From Minutocellus sp. GHC0000111 (lineage: Eukaryota), in contig OZ361257.1 of the NCBI GenBank assembly GCA_977018835.1, positions 868,001-932,000 of the forward strand: DNA of 64,000 nucleotides. The letters are read 5' to 3'. The translations under genes and the position numbers were made by a program. Below are positions 12,102 to 22,621 of the stretch, one piece after another. The stretch's first letter is position 1. Each line of letters begins with the position of its first letter. The notes beneath the pieces were generated by a model. It saw nothing but the letters and a program-made list of their open reading frames with translations, had not been told where the DNA came from and made no database searches.

Positions 12102-12818
12102 ATGAAGATTATCGTTCTCCTCTCCGTCCTTCCCATTGCCACCGCCGTGGGTCCTTTCGTCCCATTCCCTTATGAGCCGTTTGGAATCTACAAGCAGCGA
12201 CAGTGAGTCAGTCTATGCGTGGGGATTTCTTGTGGTTTGACATATCGGTGGAACTGTGGCATTGTTGTCGCCGAGGAGGACACGCGCATCTCTCGTTTAT
12301 CACGGAGTGAAATCAATATTCTGTTCGCATCGATCAATCGCTACAGTTCTCATTCATCTCATTAATTTATTGTTGACATCACATCAAACGAAGGAATCGA
12401 ACATTACTAACGTTGTTTCATTCATTTAATTTGATGCATATGCAGTGCCGAAGAAGTCGAAGAGATGAAAAAGGTAATCCAAACCAGCAATAAGAAGAAG
12501 GACCCGGTCGTCGTCGAGACGCCCAATATGCTCGATGATTACGAAGAGGCCCAGGAAGCCTTGTTCCATGCCATCGAGAATGCAGAGGAAAAGGTGATGA
12601 AGGTCGCCAGGAAGGCCGAGCAGGCTGTTGAGCACGCCATCCATGATGAGGTGGACAACATCTTCCATGAGATGCCGCATCATGAGAAAATCGAGCGTGT
12701 GAAGAAGGCCAAGGACATCGTCGAGACTGGTGAAAAGACCGTCAAGAAGGTTGAGCGCTGCTGGCCTGAAAATCTGAAGGAGAGTCTCGAGGAATGTCTT
12801 GCTGGTGATATTGAGTAG
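12102..12818 (+). CDS. Small hypothetical protein with signal peptide; exons 12102-12202 and 12446-12818
   Basis: N-terminus MKIIVLLSVLPIATA. The GT-AG intron 12203-12445 joins in frame to ORF 12465-12818. Confidence 0.7.
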
Positions 12819-13092
12819 AAATGGCCTCTGAAGAGATACTGAAAGATATTGAGCCAACCTGTATTATTTGGATTTATTGACACGACACTACCATAGAAAA
12901 ATGAAAAAGAAATGCTACAACTGGACGCCATTGCACTGTGCTTGCCCAGTATCTCAACATTTGCATACCATTGTACATGCTAATAACTCAATCAAAATTG
13001 CAAAAATGTCCGGATATCTTATGTTCTCAATGTTCTCTATCTACTTAGTTGAATCTATCTTGCGCTAGCTACGTAGCTATTAGTAGAGCCTC

Positions 13093-16000
13093 CTACCATT
13101 CTTCTCCGTCACTACCCTCAAAGACAGCATCTTGCTCCTCGCCCCAGTCGCTTGAATCCGAACCATTATCTTCATCCTCGCTATCACTGGCAAAGGCGCT
13201 GGCCAGGATATTCTTCTTCTTCTCTTCCTTCTTCCGTTGTTTCTCCAGCTTCTCTTTCTTCTCGCGCTCGATCCGTTCTCTAGCCTTGGCAACATCATAC
13301 GTTTTGGTCTGATTCTGCTGATACGGTGGAAGCTCGAGTGGCTTCGTTCGGGGAGCAAGCGTCAACTTTGTCCTTTCTTTCTCTCCCAAGGTAAGAGAGG
13401 AAAACCTTTCGGCGGGCTCATGATCCTCCCAGTCATCCTTCCCACTTGCCTTTGTGCCAGATTCTTCGGTCAATACTTGTCCAGGTGGAATTGTGCGAGG
13501 TTCAAGCTTCAGAGGCTTGCGTTCCTCCGTCACTGTGAATTCGCGCGATGTCGTGCTCGCCGCCGCGGGGGTAATACCTTGCCCTACGATTTGTATTGAC
13601 GGTTGTACCTGATGCACTCCATCGGCACCTTGTGACGCTGGTCGAACAGGCGGAAGAGCAGGGGCGCCTGTTCCTGGACCCTTCCATTTTCTTGCAGCCT
13701 CGGAAAGTAGAGGATGAGGGGCGGATGTATCTCTCATTTTGGTGCAGTGAATATAACGTCTAGGTTCAGGATCGAAGGACTCTGTATGTAGGTGCCAATG
13801 GTCTGAGTATTCATGGACGAACTTGCGAAGATCTCGAGGCATTGCACGGAGTGGTTGAGACGATGATTTGTCATCGGCCAGGAATGTCTTCCACCTCCGT
13901 TCGAGCTTCAGCAGTTCCGTCATTCTCTCCTTGGTTTCTATGATTAAGGCATCCGAGTACTGAGCAGCATTCAGCTCATTGCCAAACTCATCGAGTTCGA
14001 TGTTTGCCAAAGTCGGCCTTGCCCAGCCAGAGTTGAAGTTGTTTCTCATCGTCGCCGGTTTGACACCCAGTGCGGAGGCCATAGCTCGGTTTCGTTGGAG
14101 TTGTCCTTCCGAAGGCGCGTGGGCCGCTCCTCCAGAAGCTGCTGCCGCTGCTGCATTGACAGCCGACACCGCAGCTCCAATTCCATCGCCACCGACACCA
14201 GTCCCCTGAGTTCCTGGCACCTGGAACGATAGATTCGCCATCGCTGCCCTTTTTCGCGCCGCTTCAGTAGCTTGCTTCTGCTTTGCACGTTCCTTTGGAT
14301 CCGTCGTCTGCACAATTTTTGATATCTTCATAAGACTCTTGGATGGTCCCTTGGGTTTGGGAGGGGCTTTTGGGGTAGGAGCTGCACCGGATTCTACTGA
14401 GGAAGAAGCAGTAGCAGTACCGCCTGCAGATGTCGACTGTAGCGCGGGGAAGTTGTCGGCCCGAACTCTTGACGCATGTCCATACTGGTTAGCGATGTGA
14501 CTTGCAGAATAAAATGTATTGGGTCCAGCTGCAGGATTGTTCCCATCGCCTCTCCCTGTCTGTTCCTCGTGTCTCCGGGCACTATCAGAAGCAGCCTCGA
14601 GTCCACCACGCATGCCGGGATTATAATCGTCATCGATGATTAGCATTCCACCTTCTTCAGCAGCGTACACGCCTGGATCATCGAAATGATCGAAGGGGGC
14701 GTGCTGGTTCCGCCTTCTACCGCCTCGTCCACGTCCGCGACCACGACCACCCTGCTGCTGCCTACTTTCACTCTCTTGGTAGTGGCGTTGGAATTCGTTC
14801 TCAAATCTCGGCGTCGCTCTGGCCCTTGCCTCCAGCTGCTGCCGATGGGCCGCCGCCGACCCCTGCGCGTGTGAATCGCCGCTGAATAGCGATCCAAGCA
14901 ACGTCCTCGCCTCTTGCTGGAGTATCTCGGCCCGTCCCTCGTCTGTCTGACCAGCCACACCGGCGGAGCTGACCGTCAGACCTCTCGCATCATAAGCCTC
15001 GGTGACGCCGGCCTTTCCAAGCCGATGGCGCTTCAGATACGCGTCGAGATTCTTCAGTTCGGCCCTCGTCAGATCTCGCCGATTTAGCGGGTCGATGAAT
15101 TGCAATTGCGAGACGAGATAGTAAGCCAGCACCTGTCCGTCGAACAAGTGATAGTACCGCCGGCCCGCCATCTCGGCGATGGAAGTGGCTTGCTTGGCGT
15201 CGCCAGCCTTGTCGGCGCCATCGGCATCAGCATCGGCTCCTCCCGAAAAGGCTGAAGCGGAGGCTGCCACGGCATCACCCCACTGCCCGCGAATGACGTC
15301 GAGCTCCCTCTCTGCGATCCGCTTTTGCTCGCTGGCCTTGTCGTGGCTGTCGTTGTTGCCAGTTGCACCGCCACCACCGGTCGAGCCCAGAGCCAGCAGA
15401 CGCTCCTCCTCCGGTGATACCGGCCACTCCGAAACGACATCATACGGCTCGGTCGCCACGAGTGCAAAGGGCGGATACGGCAGCTCGACGAGCGGATCAA
15501 GTGAGATAGGATCGACCGCACCTTGCGGTACCTCGTCCCTCCATGCGAATTTCCCCCGCTGCTTGTTCTTGTCGCCGTTCCTTTCGTTCTGCTTATTCTT
15601 GTTCTTCTTTTTCTTGTTGTTCTTGTTCCTGCCTCCATCGCCTTCCTTCTGCCTGGGCTGGTTGGAAGATTGCTGATCGGCATTCGAAGATGGTAGCTCC
15701 GCTTTACTTTCATCGCCTCCCTTCTTCTTCTTTCGTCTATTACGCTTCTTCTTTGCTGCCGTCGCTGTGCCTTGGTCGTTCCCTGCATCATTGTTGGTGG
15801 CATTAATGGCATCGTCATTGGTATTAATATTTACCTCGGAATCCTTGGCAGCAGCCCCAGACGAAGCTCCTGCCGTCTTTTTCTCATTCCTCTTCTGACC
15901 ACCACTTCTTTTCGTACTGGAAGTAGTGTCATTATCATCGCTGCCACCATCACTACTACCGGCGCCGCCGCTGGCCCTCCGATGATTGGATCGGTTGACT

Positions 16001-16527
16001 GCCTGACCTGGAATGAGGAGACTGGGCGTGCCCGGACTGGTGCTTTGGATGACGGAGGGTTGAGACGCCTTCTTCGGCTGGTCCTGCTTTCCTTCTCCTC
16101 TCGTCTGCGATTTTGCCGGCTCCTGCTTTGGGTGCTTTGCCTTCTTGACTTCGCCATTTGCACTGGGGGTAACGGCGGCGGTGGCGGCAGCACCTCCACC
16201 GGCGACACGGGCACCAGCACTCGATCCCTCCGACGTTTGCTTCGTCGAGGCCTTCTGGGCCTTCTCTGCTGTTTTCTCTTCCTTTTCTTCGACAGTCTGA
16301 TCGACCTTGTTCATACCACCACCGCCGCTACCAGAGGCGGTGGCCATCAGCGCCGCCCGGATCTCCTTGAACCGAGCCACGCATTCCTTCTTGGACCTGG
16401 TGGGAACGCAAGAGGCGATGGACGTCCACCGTTCATTCTTCTCGAGAGTGTGAGGAAATCGTTTGAGGCCGTCCTGGAGGGCCTTATCCTCGGCCTCGGT
16501 CCAGTTCGCGGCGTTGGTTGGCGGCAT
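13093..16527 (-). CDS. Large protein with N-terminal SANT/Myb domain, degenerate RING/U-box-like segment and NFX1-type R3H domain
   Basis: WTEAEDKAL..L..FP....RW..IA..VP.RSKKEC..RF (SANT); DPISL...HLFD..VLAYYL....DPLNR; PLRAMPRDLRKFVHE.....LHTESFDPEPRRYI (R3H). Confidence 0.8.
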   Translation of the reverse strand: MPPTNAANWTEAEDKALQDGLKRFPHTLEKNERWTSIASCVPTRSKKECVARFKEIRAALMATASGSGGGGMNKVDQTVEEKEEKTAEKAQKASTKQTSEGSSAGARVAGGGAAATAAVTPSANGEVKKAKHPKQEPAKSQTRGEGKQDQPKKASQPSVIQSTSPGTPSLLIPGQAVNRSNHRRASGGAGSSDGGSDDNDTTSSTKRSGGQKRNEKKTAGASSGAAAKDSEVNINTNDDAINATNNDAGNDQGTATAAKKKRNRRKKKKGGDESKAELPSSNADQQSSNQPRQKEGDGGRNKNNKKKKNKNKQNERNGDKNKQRGKFAWRDEVPQGAVDPISLDPLVELPYPPFALVATEPYDVVSEWPVSPEEERLLALGSTGGGGATGNNDSHDKASEQKRIAERELDVIRGQWGDAVAASASAFSGGADADADGADKAGDAKQATSIAEMAGRRYYHLFDGQVLAYYLVSQLQFIDPLNRRDLTRAELKNLDAYLKRHRLGKAGVTEAYDARGLTVSSAGVAGQTDEGRAEILQQEARTLLGSLFSGDSHAQGSAAAHRQQLEARARATPRFENEFQRHYQESESRQQQGGRGRGRGRGGRRRNQHAPFDHFDDPGVYAAEEGGMLIIDDDYNPGMRGGLEAASDSARRHEEQTGRGDGNNPAAGPNTFYSASHIANQYGHASRVRADNFPALQSTSAGGTATASSSVESGAAPTPKAPPKPKGPSKSLMKISKIVQTTDPKERAKQKQATEAARKRAAMANLSFQVPGTQGTGVGGDGIGAAVSAVNAAAAAASGGAAHAPSEGQLQRNRAMASALGVKPATMRNNFNSGWARPTLANIELDEFGNELNAAQYSDALIIETKERMTELLKLERRWKTFLADDKSSSQPLRAMPRDLRKFVHEYSDHWHLHTESFDPEPRRYIHCTKMRDTSAPHPLLSEAARKWKGPGTGAPALPPVRPASQGADGVHQVQPSIQIVGQGITPAAASTTSREFTVTEERKPLKLEPRTIPPGQVLTEESGTKASGKDDWEDHEPAERFSSLTLGEKERTKLTLAPRTKPLELPPYQQNQTKTYDVAKARERIEREKKEKLEKQRKKEEKKKNILASAFASDSEDEDNGSDSSDWGEEQDAVFEGSDGEEW

Positions 16528-17547
16528 GGTGGGAGCTACGGAGTGTACGCGGCGGGGTAGGTTGGTTGGTCTGCTGCCGATGCCGTGTGCGAGGCGTGTG
16601 CGTGAAAATAAAAATGACGCGCGCGACGGCCGACGCACAGACTGAAAGACTTGTGCCGCTTGCTTGTGGCGCGCGGTCACGGCGAACTTTCTGCTCTCGC
16701 CGTTCAGATTTTTCCGCCAAAAATTTGGGCTCGACATGGGAATGAATTACTTCGAGGGCCTCCTCCCCCCCCGCGCGCGCTTTCTTCATTCATTTGAATG
16801 CACATTGTTTCGAGAAAGATACGTATCTAGCAAGTAGCTAGCTTTCAAGTCCAGCAGTAGGAGTGCCACACAGCCCACCCACTACACCACATGACAACTG
16901 TCGATAGAGCTGCCGATGCCGCCGGCTCTCGTGCTGCTACTTTGCGTCATACATGGTCGGATGAGGGTCTGGACTGCCACCTGAGCATATCTCCAAAAGA
17001 AGAGATAGAACATCACTCGGATTTAGAGGGTCGACACAATGTCGTTGAGCCATCTGCAGCAGGCGTTGACGACCAAATGCTTGAAAACACGTATCGCCGC
17101 ATCATGGCTACATGTACTTCATCGGCTACTTCATCTGGTAAACCGGGTTTGTTGCGAGAATTCGACACAACCAGCATGCACAAAGTGAATGTGCCGTCAG
17201 ACCAGCACTTTTGCAGTTTGTTGGCAGAAGTTGGCACACATCGAACCGAGCGAGAGCAGAGGTGGTGGTTCGAATAGCACGAGATGGAAGGTGCTGGTGT
17301 CTACCCATTGCTCGTCTATTGAAAGCTACTGCATTTGTGGTGTGGAACACAACAGAGCTTTCTCTCCTGGCTCTCGGCTTGTTCGATCCAAAGCAAAGCG
17401 AAAGGGTATTGGTGTCGGCGCAGCCAATTTCTCTGGAAATTTTTGTCGTTACTACTTTGTATGCGTCGTGCTGTGGCTCCACATTTACTTTTATTTGTCA
17501 TTGGAAGAGCTACGTAGAGAGAAGAGACACAGAGTTTGGCACATAAA

Positions 17548-19128
17548 ATGGCACTCAGAGTGGAAGAATCCCGTCAAAACAGGCTTCGTCATCGACGCGC
17601 TTTGCTTCGTATCTTGCGTGATTCGGGTGATTCGTCAACACATGCTTATCGCCACGTTTCAGATGCTACAATTTGGGACGACGTTGTTCGATTGGCAGCA
17701 GCCGCATTGCATGATGACGCAGCCGCCGCTCCAGACGCTGTAGCAGGAGCAGGCAATGAGGCAACAAAATGCTCCAGTGATCTCTACAGTTGGGCCCGCG
17801 ACAAGGCTCGGCAGATTGGATTCAGCGGATATCTCACTTTGGCCGAGATTGATGTACCATTCCTACTTTACGTTTACAAGCATTACATTGATGATGGCCG
17901 CAATGGTGGAGAAGATGAATACTTTGGTACCATGGGACAATATACCGATAAATTGCTACAGCGGCACGAGCAAAGTTCGCAATTTTGGCAACGGGTAGAT
18001 GCAATGAGTGGCAAAGTCTTGGATCGCAAGGCTGCACAAAACAAGGTCATTCTGCTAGGGATGCACGGAAATGATTTTGTCTCAAGGTCAAACCTCTTCG
18101 AGACTTTATCATTTCTGTATCCTGGACGATTAAGGAAAGATATCAAAGCCGAAGCCAAGGCGATACAAGCATTGATTGAGCAAATTCCCGATGCATACGA
18201 CAATCCTATTCTCTCTCTTAATGCCCTTGCAGTCACTGCAGACTGGGTCAGTGGCCGAGATGCACCAGATGCCCTGTTGATTGGAGATGGCTTGCTGCAG
18301 TTTTTGCACGATAGAGGGCTGGGAGATGATGGTCCAGATTTCATTCATAGCCATGAGTGGGGTCATCATCTGCAATTCGATTATCATGATGCCAGTATTG
18401 AAGCTCTGCTTTTCAACAAGAAACTGAGCGAGGGGGAAGCAACTAGGCGTGGGGAGATGATGGCCGATGCGTTTGGTGCTTACTTTCTTGCACATCCTGA
18501 CGGTGGTAATTTTGATGAGGGCAAAGTGAGACTGCTCAATGACATTGCATTTTCAATCGGAGATTGCAGAATAGAGAAGGATGCGCATCACGGCACACCT
18601 CCACAAAGAGAGTGTGCTGCAGCCTTTGGTACTAAGCTTGCTTTGGGACTTGTTGAGGGAGAAAGCGCTTTGATCCATCCCGAACGTTTTCGTGAATTAT
18701 TTGACAGTGTACTACCTGACATGTTGCAACTCAATAGCGAGATTTGTAGCTTAGCCTTGGATTCTTCAGATGAAGACGTGGGAGGAATAGCAGCAATGGA
18801 TACAACTATTGGTGCCAAGGGAACTTCTGATGTGTGGAAAGAGGAGGACAGCATGACCACCACACGACCAACACTTTCGCCGACAAAACTTTCCTTGCCC
18901 TCAAAATCCAAGGCAACGAATTCATCGGTGGGGAGGCAGATGAGGGAACGCCCAATGAAAAACGACTTCGAGCTGATGGGAAGACCCGTGGTGAATGATC
19001 CCAACCCTTTCTACGCCGATGATACCTTTATTCTCGCCGACGCGATATCAGCCGCCCACATTACCATGTCAGTTCATCCAGGTACGATGGTCACTACGGT
19101 TCTAATGATTCTCGTGGTTCTTATTTGA
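17548..19128 (+). CDS. Putative neutral zinc metallopeptidase (HEXXH) with hydrophobic C-terminus; the true 5' end may lie upstream (ORF 16891-17277)
   Basis: LNAL, HEWGHHLQ, EMMADAFGAY and HGTPPQR resemble the YpfJ-like Zn peptidase motif order. C-terminal hydrophobic tail. Confidence 0.7.
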   Translation: MALRVEESRQNRLRHRRALLRILRDSGDSSTHAYRHVSDATIWDDVVRLAAAALHDDAAAAPDAVAGAGNEATKCSSDLYSWARDKARQIGFSGYLTLAEIDVPFLLYVYKHYIDDGRNGGEDEYFGTMGQYTDKLLQRHEQSSQFWQRVDAMSGKVLDRKAAQNKVILLGMHGNDFVSRSNLFETLSFLYPGRLRKDIKAEAKAIQALIEQIPDAYDNPILSLNALAVTADWVSGRDAPDALLIGDGLLQFLHDRGLGDDGPDFIHSHEWGHHLQFDYHDASIEALLFNKKLSEGEATRRGEMMADAFGAYFLAHPDGGNFDEGKVRLLNDIAFSIGDCRIEKDAHHGTPPQRECAAAFGTKLALGLVEGESALIHPERFRELFDSVLPDMLQLNSEICSLALDSSDEDVGGIAAMDTTIGAKGTSDVWKEEDSMTTTRPTLSPTKLSLPSKSKATNSSVGRQMRERPMKNDFELMGRPVVNDPNPFYADDTFILADAISAAHITMSVHPGTMVTTVLMILVVLI

Positions 19129-19178
19129 GCATGTAAATGATTGTAGCTACGTAGTATTTTCACATGATGGCATTTTAA

Positions 19179-20315
19179 TTATTCATCTTCTTTTGGCAGG
19201 CAATTCTCCAATACAACCTTCTTCATCACGTCGTATGGAGCATCCTGGTCCAGCCACAATTCAAATTGTCCAACGCCCTGTTCCCAAAGCATTTCTGATC
19301 CACGGACTACGTCAAGTCCAGCAGCCTCTGCCTGTCGAAGAAGAGGCGTCCAGTAAGGTTTATAATTCACATCGAAGACAACAGTGGACTTGTCCGCGGC
19401 CAACCACTCGGGCAGCTCGAACCCAGCAGCGGCCGGCAACGTCGACAGGACGACTCGTACCTTCAAATCCTTCTCCTTGCATACATCTCCCAAGGTCTTG
19501 TCATCGCCGCCGTCCGAAGGTCCTGATAGATCGCCAACGACCGTACCGCCAAATGCGTCGGCAAGCTCCTGCGCCTTGCTGGGGGTGCGGTTGTAATAAA
19601 TCCTCTCCAGACCCAGCTGCGTCGCGGCGTATGCTGCTGCCCGGGCAGTACCGCCAGCACCAAGAATAAGAGCGGCACCGCCCTTGTTGGCCGATGCGTC
19701 CCCAAGACGAGCCTTGAGCGGATTGTAAATGCCAATCCAATCTGTGTTGTCGCCCCTCAAAGTTCTACCCTCCCCCGATGCCTTCTTATCGACGATGACG
19801 GTGTTGACCGCACCAATCCGTTCGGCGGCGTCACTCAGCTCATCCAAATGGGGCATAATGGCCTGCTTGTGTGGGATGGTAACGCTCATACCGCGAAAGG
19901 CCGGATCAACCCAAAAGTCTGACGCCACAATGGTATCGACATTCTCTTCATCGATCAGACCGTAAGTGTGAGGGAGTCCCAGCTCGGCATAGGCAGCATT
20001 GTGCATTGCAGGGCTGACAGAGTAAGCAATATTGTGCCCGATAATGGCAAACTTTTGAGCCGTTGCAGCGCCAGAGTCTCCGTCAGAATCATCGGCGGTC
20101 ATGCAGGTATTGGTGGTGGATGCCTTGCTTGCTCTGCCACTGGCGGTTGCAGCGGCGGCGCCGACACGCCTTGACAATTGAAAGGCCGGGAGGATACCAC
20201 CAACATGGCGTGCTGGTCTGCTTGAATACGCTGCAACTCCGACGTATTGCGTCGCGGCAGACAACAGCAGTAGAGAGGAGCAGAGAGCGGCGGCGGGAGA
20301 GGAGGACAGTTTCAT
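19179..20315 (-). CDS. aroE: Shikimate dehydrogenase (stand-alone AroE type) with bipartite presequence
   Basis: [48 protein letters not shown] and MLWEQG. Signal peptide ends VAA-YS. Confidence 0.93.
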   Translation of the reverse strand: MKLSSSPAAALCSSLLLLSAATQYVGVAAYSSRPARHVGGILPAFQLSRRVGAAAATASGRASKASTTNTCMTADDSDGDSGAATAQKFAIIGHNIAYSVSPAMHNAAYAELGLPHTYGLIDEENVDTIVASDFWVDPAFRGMSVTIPHKQAIMPHLDELSDAAERIGAVNTVIVDKKASGEGRTLRGDNTDWIGIYNPLKARLGDASANKGGAALILGAGGTARAAAYAATQLGLERIYYNRTPSKAQELADAFGGTVVGDLSGPSDGGDDKTLGDVCKEKDLKVRVVLSTLPAAAGFELPEWLAADKSTVVFDVNYKPYWTPLLRQAEAAGLDVVRGSEMLWEQGVGQFELWLDQDAPYDVMKKVVLENCLPKEDE

Positions 20316-20737
20316 GGTGGTGGTTGCTTTATGACTGACGTGATCGTAAACTCGCTTCCCGCAAACCGCCACAAGCAATAAGAATGCGCGAAGCACCCTG
20401 CGAGCCTGCACCGCCGGCAAGTAGCACAAGATTCCCACCCCGCTCAAAGCAAATTCTGCCGACCAACGCAGAACTGCTCATTCAAACCTTATTATGCCTG
20501 TGTGCTGCCGAGTGACGCGGATTCCAGTGACATTTTTGCATTTCCTACCGCGAAGTTAGCAGAGAACATGTTCTTTGGTTCTGACTCGAGCCGGCCGCAA
20601 AAGTGGCGCCAGCGCAGATTTTCCACCATGCCGATGCCACGAAGATGCTTGCATCGGTGTGGGCACTTCACGCCCTCAGATCTTTCTCACAATCAAAACA
20701 ACCACATCAGCAACTGACTCAACCAATCAAGATCAGA

Positions 20738-22267
20738 ATGAAGTTCTCCCTTTCTATCATCGTAACGCTTCTCGCGTCGCAGACCGAAGCTTTCAGCACC
20801 ATCCCTCGCGCCTCTGCCTCGTTCAAGAATGGCCAGCGCACTTCTTCCTACGGCGCTGCTTCTTCTTCCGCCATTGCCTTCGCTCCCAAGGCCGATGTTA
20901 CTGAGCCCGCCACGCTTGACTTCGCCACGGAACTCGGCGCTGCCACTCTTGGATCCGACCTAATCCAGCAAAAGAACAAGGCCGATGACAAAGCCCCCGC
21001 CGTCGTGTGGGAACGATTCTCCAACTGGATTACCTCTACCGAGAATCGTCTCTACATTGGCTGGTTCGGTACCATCATGTTCCCCACGCTTCTTGCGGCA
21101 ACTACCTGCTTCATCACCGCCTTTCTCGCTGCACCTCCCGTCGATATCGATGGGATCCGTGAACCCGTCGCTGGATCTCTTCTCTACGGAAACAACATCA
21201 TTTCGGGAGCGGTGGTTCCTTCGTCGAATGCCATTGGCATGCATTTTTACCCGATCTGGGAAGCCGCCTCGATGGATGAGTCGCTCTACAACGGGTAAGT
21301 TGCATCTTTCTTCATGGTTCCCGTCGGTATTACAATCTGACCTTTATGAATATTCGACACTTATGGAATCTTTCTTTCTTTCTTCGTTAACACGTGTACA
21401 CCTCTCGTATGTGTAAGTGGCGAGTATCAGCTCATTGTCCTTCACTTCCTCCTCGGCGTCATGTCGTACATGGGACGTGAGTGGGAACTTTCCTACCGTC
21501 TTGGAATGAGGCCCTGGATCTTCCTCGCCTTCTCGGCCCCAGTTGCTACTGCTTCCTCACTTATCCCATCGGCCAGGGATCATTCTCCGACGGCATGCCG
21601 CTTGGAATCTCTGGGACGTTCAACTTCATGCTTGTCTTCCAGGCCGAGCACAACATTCACTTATCCCATCGGCCAGGGATCATTCTCCGACGGCATGCCG
21701 CTTGGAATCTCTGGGACGTTCAACTTCATGCTTGTCTTCCAGGCCGAGCACAACATTCTGATGCATCCCTTCCACATGCTCGGGGTTGCCGGTGTCTTTG
21801 GTGGGGCCCTCTTCTCTGCCATGCATGGCTCGCTCGTCACCTCTTCTCTCATCCGCGAGACCACCGAGAATGAGTCCACAAATGCTGGCTACAAATTCGG
21901 ACAAGAGGAGGAAACGTACAATATCGTCGCCGCACACGGTTACTTTGGTCGTCTTATCTTCCAGTATGCCTCGTTCAACAACTCCCGTGCTCTTCATTTC
22001 TTCCTTGCTGCCTGGCCTGTGATTGGAATCTGGCTCACAGCCATGGGCGTTTCTACTATGGCATTCAACCTCAATGGATTCAATTTCAACCAGTCCGTCG
22101 TGGACTCCCAGGGCCGTGTCATCAATACCTGGGCAGACATCATCAACCGCGCCGATCTTGGTATGGAGATGATGCACGAGCGCAATGCCCACAATTTCCC
22201 CCTCGATTTGGCCAACGACGGCGACATTATTCCTGTTGCCATGGAGGCCCCCTCTGTCAACGCCTAA
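20738..22267 (+). CDS. psbA: Nucleus-encoded photosystem II D1 protein with bipartite plastid-targeting presequence; exons 20738-21294 and 21418-22267; helix C region disrupted (possible pseudogene copy)
   Basis: Unmistakable D1 sequence from [20 protein letters not shown] to [13 protein letters not shown] plus a C-terminal extension. N-terminus [23 protein letters not shown]. The GTAAGT...AG intron 21295-21417 restores [13 protein letters not shown]. Confidence 0.93.
21557..21758 (+). repeat. Perfect 100-bp tandem duplication inside psbA exon 2
   Basis: TCACTTATCCCATCGG...GAGCACAACATTC occurs twice with a period of 100 nt. Confidence 0.95.
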
Positions 22268-22621
22268 CCACTTCCTTGAACAATCATTCTTCCCGTTGAA
22301 ATGGAAAATCTTCCTTTTTCAACGCCTAATTGCATTGGATACATTTAGCAACATATGCCCAATGGAAATCCGTAGCATCCACCCTCAATATCTTTGAACA
22401 TACATATCCTAAGAACCAATTTTGCATGAGGTTGGGTCCTACTTAATCCTGCCGCTGTCAGAAGTCCTATCTGGAATACAGTTGCTTGGCGAAGTTTTTT
22501 TCATTCAAGCCATTTTTTATCTACATGAATAAATACATACTTAGATGCACATAATCACAAAACTCTTCGCGATACATTAGCTCATCTGCTGACGTACAAT
22601 GCAAGTCCTTGCGGGCTCTAC

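Noticed and set aside
21557..21758. The 100-nt duplication as a newly born intron that restores D1
   Set aside because: Only a weak AG/GC site exists, and removing 100 nt would expose the upstream 10-nt deletion as a frameshift.
20738..22267. psbA as a recent plastid DNA insertion (NUPT), plastid contig or cyanophage contamination
   Set aside because: It has a spliceosomal intron, a bipartite presequence and GC-rich nuclear codons, with no flanking plastid or phage genes.
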